64,000 nucleotides of DNA, taken from the NCBI RefSeq assembly GCF_017940815.1, contig NZ_JAGAXX010000003.1:9963-73962 (forward strand), given 5' to 3'. This DNA comes from Methanobrevibacter sp. (GTDB taxonomy: Archaea > Methanobacteriota > Methanobacteria > Methanobacteriales > Methanobacteriaceae). Below are positions 20,133 through 29,100 of this stretch, piece after piece (position 1 is the first letter of the stretch; each line of letters opens with the position of its first letter). The notes beneath the pieces were generated by a model. The model saw only the letters and a list, made by a program, of their open reading frames with translations. It had not been told where the DNA came from and did not search any database. Both the position numbers and the translations under genes were made by a program.

Positions 20133-23100
20133 ATGATTTTATTAGTTTTCCTAATTATTGGAACTGTTTCTGCATCTGATGCTCAAGATTTGATTGCTTC
20201 AGATGATGAAGTGGATTCATTAAGTTCTGATGATGGGGATGATGTATTAAGTGATTCTGAATCCGATGTCGATGATGGAAATTTCGCATCATTGGATAAG
20301 GCAATTCAGGATGTTGATGCTGGAGGTACTGTTCATTTAAACACTAATGTGACATTAAATGATGGAACTTCTGGTGAAGAAACAACATATGTAGATGGAA
20401 TGACCATTAGTAAAGATGTAACTATTAATGGTTATAATCAGGTGATTAATGCAACTGATGCCGATGGAAATAAGGTTCGCTTATTTACCATTGCTTCAGG
20501 TGCCCACGTAACCTTAAAAGATTTAACTATCGCTGGTGCAAGCTATGTTGGTGCGGGTGATAAAATAGGAGGTGCAATTACTGTAAATGGTGGATACTTA
20601 ACATTGGTTAATGTAAACTTCATTAACAATTATGCACAAATGACCGCAAACAATAAACTGGGTTCCGGTGCAGTGATGGTTTATAATGGAGGTACCGTTA
20701 ATGTTACTGGAGGTTCTTTTGTAAACAATACTATTAAACATGACCAAGCTCCAAATACTGCTGGTGGAGGGGCTGCAATTAATGTTAATCAAGGTAGTTC
20801 GTCCCTTTATGTTAACGGAACTTATTTTGAAAACAATGAAGCTATTTTCGGCAAAATTTCAAATCAGGCCGGTGGTGGAGCAATTGCTTCTTTAAATTCT
20901 GTTGTATCAATTGCTAACTCAGAATTTGTTAACAACAGATTGACTTGTGATGCAGCTAGAGCACTTGCAGGTGCAGTTTATGCAATTCCTAACACTCGTA
21001 GTTCAATGATAGTAAATACTACTTTTAGAGATAACTCCGCACATTCTGTTTCAGCACTCTACTTCAGAGGTACTGATTATGTTGTAACAGGTTGTCTATT
21101 TGAAAACAATTCAGCCGATGACTCCATATCTGCCCAGTTTGAAAGTGGTGGTGAAATACATCACAATGCATTTGTTGATGAAAAAATTAGTAAAAATCAA
21201 TATGTTAACGAGAATAAGGATTATAATTGGGCTTACAATTGGTGGGGATCAAATGAGCCTACCGATGTTGGTGTAGATTTAACCAATTGGGTTGTTATGA
21301 GTATTGAACATGATGACAATAATATTGTAGTGAAATTAACCAAACTCAATGACGGCACTGAATTAGGTGATTTGGCGTTACTGCCAACAATGGAAGCTAC
21401 AATTACAGGTCTTGATGAAAATAAAAAAGTTAAAATCATAAATGGTGTTGGAACATTAACATTAGATGAACCAATCACTGAGTTTGCAGGAAATACAGTT
21501 ACTGTTTCCGTTAATGATCAATCCTTAAGTTTTGTCATAAATGATAAAGCCAAAAGTTTTGCATATTTGGAAAATAATATTAGAAACACTTCTGCTGGCG
21601 AAATCTATGATATAAAAGGTGATTTCCAATTAAATGCGGGTGTAACTGGTGAAGAAATCACTTACGCTCAAGGAATTGTCATCGATAAGGATATTATTAT
21701 TGATGGCCATGGACTTACCATTAATGCAACTGATGCAAATGGTAATAAAGTAAGAATTTTCAAAATCACTAACGGTGCAACCGTAACATTAAAAGATATC
21801 ATATTGACCGGAGGGTCTGCTGATAATGGTGGAGCTATCTTTGTAGATGATGGAACATTGACATTAAATGATGTTACTTTCATTGAAAATACTGCAACAA
21901 ACGGTGGAGCAGTTTATTCCGTTGATGGTAATGTTAATATTGTAAATTCTACTTTTGTAAACAATACTGCAACCTCTGCTGGTGCGGTTCAAATTGAAAA
22001 AGGTACTATTGGAGGCTCTGTTTTTGATGGTAATTCTGCGGGTGCTGTATCTCTTGGAAATGTTGCTAGTGCAAATTATAATGTATTCTTAAATGGGCAA
22101 ACTGTTTCTGGAACTGGTAATTTCGATTATAACTGGTGGGAAACTAATTCTCCTGAAAATGTTGGTGTAACATTAAATAATTGGATTGTTTTAAATGTAA
22201 CAAATGAGGATACTTTAATTAAAGTTTCATTAAACACTTTAAACAATGGTGCAAATGCTCCAAATCCTGAAAAATTCCCTACATTACCAATTTCTGTTTC
22301 TTGGGAGGATGTTGTAAAAGAATCAACTCTTGAAAATGGTATTGCAACTGTTGAATTTGATAAGGCTGTTACCTATGATTCAAATTATAATGTTTCAGTT
22401 AAAGTTTTAGAGGTTGAAGTAGATTACGCTTTAAAACCAATTGATTCTGATTTTAATAATTTTGCTCAATTAGACTCTAAAATTAAAGATGCTGATGAAA
22501 ATGATGTTATTGATTTGGAAAATAGCGTTAAATTAAATGATGTAAATATTAATGAAGAAACTACTTATAAAAATGGTATTATAATTGATAAAAGCATTAC
22601 CCTTGATGGTCATGGATTTACAATTAACGCAACCGATGCTAATGGAAATAAAGTTAGGATTTTCAACATTGCAAATGCGGATGTGACTTTGAAAAACATT
22701 ATTTTAACAAGTGGATCTGTTGCTTCTCCTGGTGGTGCAGCTATTTACATTAACGGAGGTTCATTAACTTTAATCAATGTAACTATCATGGACAATAAAG
22801 TAACTGCATTAACTGGTGCGGCATTATCTGCTAATAATGCACAAGTGACTGTTATAAACAGTAGTTTTATCAACAATACTTTAACTAAAACAGACTATTC
22901 TGCTTTAGGTGGTGGAGCTGCTATTTACTTAAACGGCGGTTCATTAGATGTAGATAATTCATTATTCGAAGGAAATGCATATAACGGATATTCTTATTCA
23001 TCCGCCAGTGTCGGTGGTGGAGGTGGAGCGATATATACCACAACTGCTACTACTAATATTATGAACTCTAGATTCATTAGAAATTCAGTTGTTAGAACTG

Positions 23101-26100
23101 GAGGTAGTGGTGAACTAGTTGCGGGAGCATTATTAATTAAAACTGGTGTTTTAAAAGGAAATATTTTTGAAGGAAACACAGCTACTTCCGCTCCAAACAC
23201 TATGAGAGTAACTGACGCAACAGCGATAGTCAATTATAATGCATTTATTGGCACACAAACAGTTGGTGGATCTGCAAATTACAATGCTAATTGGTGGGGA
23301 ACAAATAGTCCATCAGCAGTTGGTGTTACATTAGCTAATTGGTTAGTATTAAGTTACAAAATTGATGGAAAAGAAATTTCAGCATCAATCAACTTATTAA
23401 ATGATGGTAATCATGCTGAAGAAGCAAGTTATATTCCAACAAGAGTTGCTAACATAACTATCGAGGGCGCTTCTGAAATAGTTAATACTACAAATGGTGT
23501 AGCAACTGTCACATTGGACAATGAACTGACAATTGGTGCAAGTTATCAAGCTAATGCAACAATCGATTCACAAACTATTTCATTTGTAATCAAACCAAAT
23601 ATCAGAGATATCTCTGTAAATATTGTCTCTAATGCAACTATTGGAATAAATGGAACTGTAAATGTCGAATTAACTGGAATTGAAGGTGTAAATCCAACTG
23701 GTACAGTTACATTATGGCTCGATAACAACGTATACACAATTGACTTAACTGATGGAGTGGGAACAATCGATTTAGGTTATAATCTTGATGGTGGAGATTA
23801 TAATGTCTACATCAAATATAATGGTGATGAAAACTATGTTGAATCCGAAAAAATAAAACTAAGCTCCGTGTTTAAGGTTAATAAATTAAATTCAACAATA
23901 AAACTCGACTCTGATGTTGTATACAAAGGAGTGGCAACTTACATTTATGTGAGTGTTTCAAACGATTTTGCAACTCCAACTGGAGAAGTGACCGTAACCA
24001 TTAATGGAATTGATGTAACTAAATCATTAGTTAATGGTAAAGTCTTTATTCCAGTCGGAGACGACTTGTCATTTGGCATTCATGATGTTATTGTTAAATA
24101 TGGTGGGGATACCAAATTCAACAACATGACTGTAACATTAACTTTAAACGTTACAAAAATCAGTGTTGATATAACCTCTGAACTATCAAGAGATACCATT
24201 GATGAAGGAAACAATGTTACAATGACTGTAACTGTAACTCCTGATGGAGTTGTTTACTATTATGACAAACCACTGTTCAGTATTGATAAAACTGCAACCA
24301 GTACATCTAGTTTGATTAAAGTAACTTCTGCATCCTCTACATATTATGGCCCTACTGCATCTATAGTTGCAAATGGAATTAGAGTTACTTCACCTTCCTC
24401 CGGTGCATCTACTCTTATTAAAGACAGTGCAGTCATATTTCCTCAAGCTGGAAGTCTTTTCCAATTTAAATATGTAAGTTCAACCAACTTCAGATTATAC
24501 GCATTCACAGGAAAAACTTGGGCAAGCAATATAGGTTACTTGTCTTATTCATCATCAACCTATAAGTTTTGGCCAAGATCAGGTACATCATCTTCATTCA
24601 GTGGATTTGAAGCACCTAAAGAAGGAGACATATTCAAAGTAACTATTGAAAACAGAAAAATGACTTTTTATGTGAATGATAATGTTTTAGGATCTGTTTC
24701 CGTAAGCAATGATGAACTTTACTTTGGAATTTACACATATAAAGGTTCAACAACAATTGTGGATGATGTAAAAGTTGATAAATTTGGTAAAGAACCTACA
24801 CAAGCAACTTATAATCCAACAACACTTCCAAGCGGAACAATCACTGTAAAAATAGGAAACATTGAAAAAACTGTTCAATTGAATAGTGGTAAAGTAAGTT
24901 TTGATATTGGAGACTCTCTCACCAAAGGAACTTACACTGCTGAAATTAAATATGGTGGTGATGATAATTACTTTAATGCATCAACCACTTCGCCTCAGTT
25001 GACAGTTAAAAGAATGGAAATGCCAACAATTGAAATTGAAAATCCTGAAACTTGCGAATTAGGTAAAAATATAACAGTTAGCGTTAATGTCTCTGGTTTG
25101 GTTGACGAACCAATTACTGGTAAATTCAATGTAACAGTTGGAGATATCGTTTATACTGCTTATGCAGAAAATGGTAAATTGACATTTGATGTAGGTTATA
25201 ATTTAACTGCGGGTAATCACACCATTAATGTTTATTATGAGGGGGATGCAAATTACCTGTTTGCTTCTAAAAATGCTTCATTTGTCATTAATGCTGTTGA
25301 TACAACATTGGATGTAACTGGTGGAGCTACAATCTTTGTCGGTAATGATAATATTATTTCAATAAAGGTCAATCCTGTAAATGGTGTTATTCCAACCGGA
25401 AATGTAACCATTGTATCTAAAGATATAAATAAAACAGTAACATTGGACAATAATGGTGAAGCGACTTATAATATAGGTGCTGATTTAACTGACGGTGTCC
25501 ATGATGTTTATGTGGAATATAATGGGGATATTAACTTCAATAAACTCAACACTACTATTGAATCAATGTACACTATTGTTAATGTACTTTATGTTGATGC
25601 GGATGAAGGCGATGATGAAAATGGAACTGGTTTTGCAGACAAACCATTTAAATCAATTAAAAAAGCAATCAACACTTTAAACGGCAATGGTACTATTGTA
25701 CTTAAGGGTTTATTCACTGGATCAGACAACATCGGAATTTCATTATCCAAATCTAAGATGATGAACATTGATATTGTAGGTAATGATGCAGTAATTGATG
25801 CTGAAATGACCAGAACCTCAATGTTTACAATCAATAAGGTTAATGTTCGTTTCATTAATGTAACAATGATTAATCCGGCATCTGCTTCTACAACCAATCC
25901 AACATATGGCTGTCTTGTAAATGTTGCTGATGCAGATTACTTGGATATTATCAACTCTACAATTACTGATATTTATGTTCAAAACGGTAAATCCGGTGCA
26001 ATCTACTTGCAGGACTATGATGTTAAATTAAGCATTTTAAATTCTAAATTTGATCATTTAGAGTCAAATGGAGGATTTGGTCTTATTTCAACAAATAGTG

Positions 26101-29100
26101 TAAATCAAGGATTGAGCAATGCACGTAACGAAATTTATATTGACAATTCTACATTCACTAATTTCAAAGCATATTCAGAAATTTTAATTGAAAGTTCTAA
26201 TGCATTTGGTGCGGGTGCTAGTGCAGTCATTACAAATTCAATATTCACAACTATGAAAGGATCACAAGCAACTTATTCTAGCTTTGCTATTCTAAAATCT
26301 CTCAACATGTCCAATTGTATCTTATCTGATTTAGATTTCAATACCAGATGGACTTGGATTAGTGTTAAGGAAGGTAATTTGGATTATAACTTCTGGTCTT
26401 CAAACGACCCTGACTTCTCACACCTTTCAGTCAAACCGAATAACTGGATAGTAATGACTTGGGATAATGAAAGTGCGGAATTCACTGTAACTTTGAACAC
26501 TTTAAATGATGGTAGTGCTTATGAAAACATTACTTCATTGGATATTCCTGTAACTTTCTCTGATAATCTTAATTCAAGCGCTGATAAATTGGATGAAAAT
26601 GGAATTGCCACTGCAACATTGGAAAAACAGTTAAAAGTCGGTGAAAAAGTAAGTGTTACAATCAGCGGTTTAACAATGTCTTTATCATTCAAACAGGACA
26701 TTGAAAATATCTCAAGTGGTGTCGATAATGCCGTTAGATGGGAAAACGGAACAATAACTATTAATGTAACTGGTAGAGATGATGTAATTCCTACTGGAAA
26801 CGTGACTATTTGGGTAAATGCTGTTCCATATACTGTAAATTTAACTGATGGTGTTGCTACATTAAATGTTGGTGATGACTTAACAGTTGGTAATTATATT
26901 TCAAAAGCTCAGTATAATGGTGATGAAAACTATTATGGTAGTGATGTAATCGAATTTGTCTTTAACGTTGAAAAAGCTAACATTAATATTTCAACAGTTG
27001 CAAATTCAATTGAATATGGTCAAAAACAAGTTGTAGTATTGGCTTTAAGTTCTGATAAAGCAACAGGTAACTTCACAGTTTTAATCAACAACAAGCCATA
27101 TACTGTTTATGTAAATGATTCTGAACTTGATTTAGGTATTTTGGATGCTGGTGAATATGAAGTTGAGGTAACATACAATGGTGATGAAAACTTCAATGTA
27201 GCAAACAATAAGACTTCATTTACCATATCTAAAAAATCAATTTCCCCTGTAATCAGTTTTAATGAAACAATCAATGTGGGTCAAAATCAAACAATTGAAC
27301 TTTCATTCTCAGATTATGATGAAAATGCGGTAATCAAATTGGAAATCAATGGAAATATTAAAATTCAATCAATTTCTGAAGGTAAAGCGATATTCAATAT
27401 ATCTGACTTAAAAGAAGGTGTTTATTCATTCAATGTAACTTATGAAGGTATCAATTATGATGCTGATCCAATTTCACAGGCTTTCAAAGTGTCTAAAAAC
27501 TCTTTAGAAATTAGTGCTCGTTCAATAAATGCTTCTGCAGGAAACAATGTATCAATCATCATTTCAGGTATTCCTGAAGATGCAACTGGCATTGTTGTAG
27601 TTTCAATTGATGGAACCGTTTATGGCGCCAATTTGGTTGATGGTGAATATATGGCCATTATTCCTGCTTTAAAAGTAGGTGAGAATACTGCAAGTGTTGC
27701 TTTCAAAGGAGATGATAAATATAATCCTGCAAGCACTTCAGTTGATTTCACTGTAACAAAATTGGAAGTGACCGTTGACGTTGATGCTGAAGATTCTGTA
27801 ATTGTTATTTCAGCACCTGATGCAACTGGTGAACTTATTGTGATTGTTGACGATGAGATAAAAACAGTTCCTATAGTTAATGGAAATGCAAGTTATTCAT
27901 TAGAAGACGCTTCATATGGTGACCATAATTTGGTAGTTATTTATAATGGTGTTGTTAGCCATGTTTCTAAATTCACTATCGAAAAATTAGACGTTGGTAT
28001 TAGTGCTGCAGCAGACCCAATTCATGTGGGTGATGATGCAATCATTGTTGTAACTGTCAATGAAACTGCTAGTGGTTCCGTAATCGTTGATGGCAAGTAT
28101 TATGGTGAAATTAATGAAGGTAGTACTGTTATAACTATTTCTAATTTAGCTAGTGGCACTCACACTTTTACAGTTAAATATTCTGGTGACGATAAATTTA
28201 AAGAAGCGGAAACTACAGTTGTTGTGATGGTTAATAAAACTCAAACTACTCCTGAAATTTTAGCCGAGTCAATTGAATTAGGCGATGAGGCATATATTGA
28301 GGTGAGTTTACCTGATGGAGCTACAGGCACTGTCACAATTTATGTTGGCGACCTTGATCCAGTAATTTTAGATTTAGAAGATGCAAAAGCTTATCTTTAT
28401 GTTCCTGATTTAGGTAATGGAACTTATGATGTACGTGTTGTTTATTCAGGTGATGATTTCTACACTGGAAGTGAAGCAGTTTCCCAATTTAATGTAAATT
28501 ATGATATTGAAATTGACGGAGACTTACGTTACGGTGAGGATGGTTTAATTTATATTGGATTACCTGATGGAGCTGAAGGCAATGTTGAAGTAACTATTGA
28601 TGATCAAACATTCACTGTGGATGTGGAAGATGGTTATGCTGTTGTTAATGTTTCAGTTTTAGATTATGGTTCTCATGAAATTACTGTTGCTTACTCTGGT
28701 GATGATAAATATCCTGCAAAAACAATAACAGATGAGATCTTTGTTGATGCAAATATTGATGTTCCGGATGAAGTTCCTTACAATGGTGGTGAAATAAGTA
28801 TTAAATTGCCAGAAAATGCTACAGGAAGTGTAACTGTAACAATTGATGGTAATGAGATTGTTGTGCCTATTGTAAATGGTACTGCAAACATCCCATTAGA
28901 TGACTTATCTTTGGGTGACCATGATGTGTCAGTTGTTTATTCTGGTGATGACACTTATAAACCTGCAAGTGTTAATGCCGATTTAACAGTTAATCCAAAT
29001 ATTGAAGTTCCAGATGAACTAACAACTGGAGATAATGAAATAGCTATTGAGTTACCTAGCGATGCTGAGGGTAATTTGACTGTAACAATTGATGGTAAGG

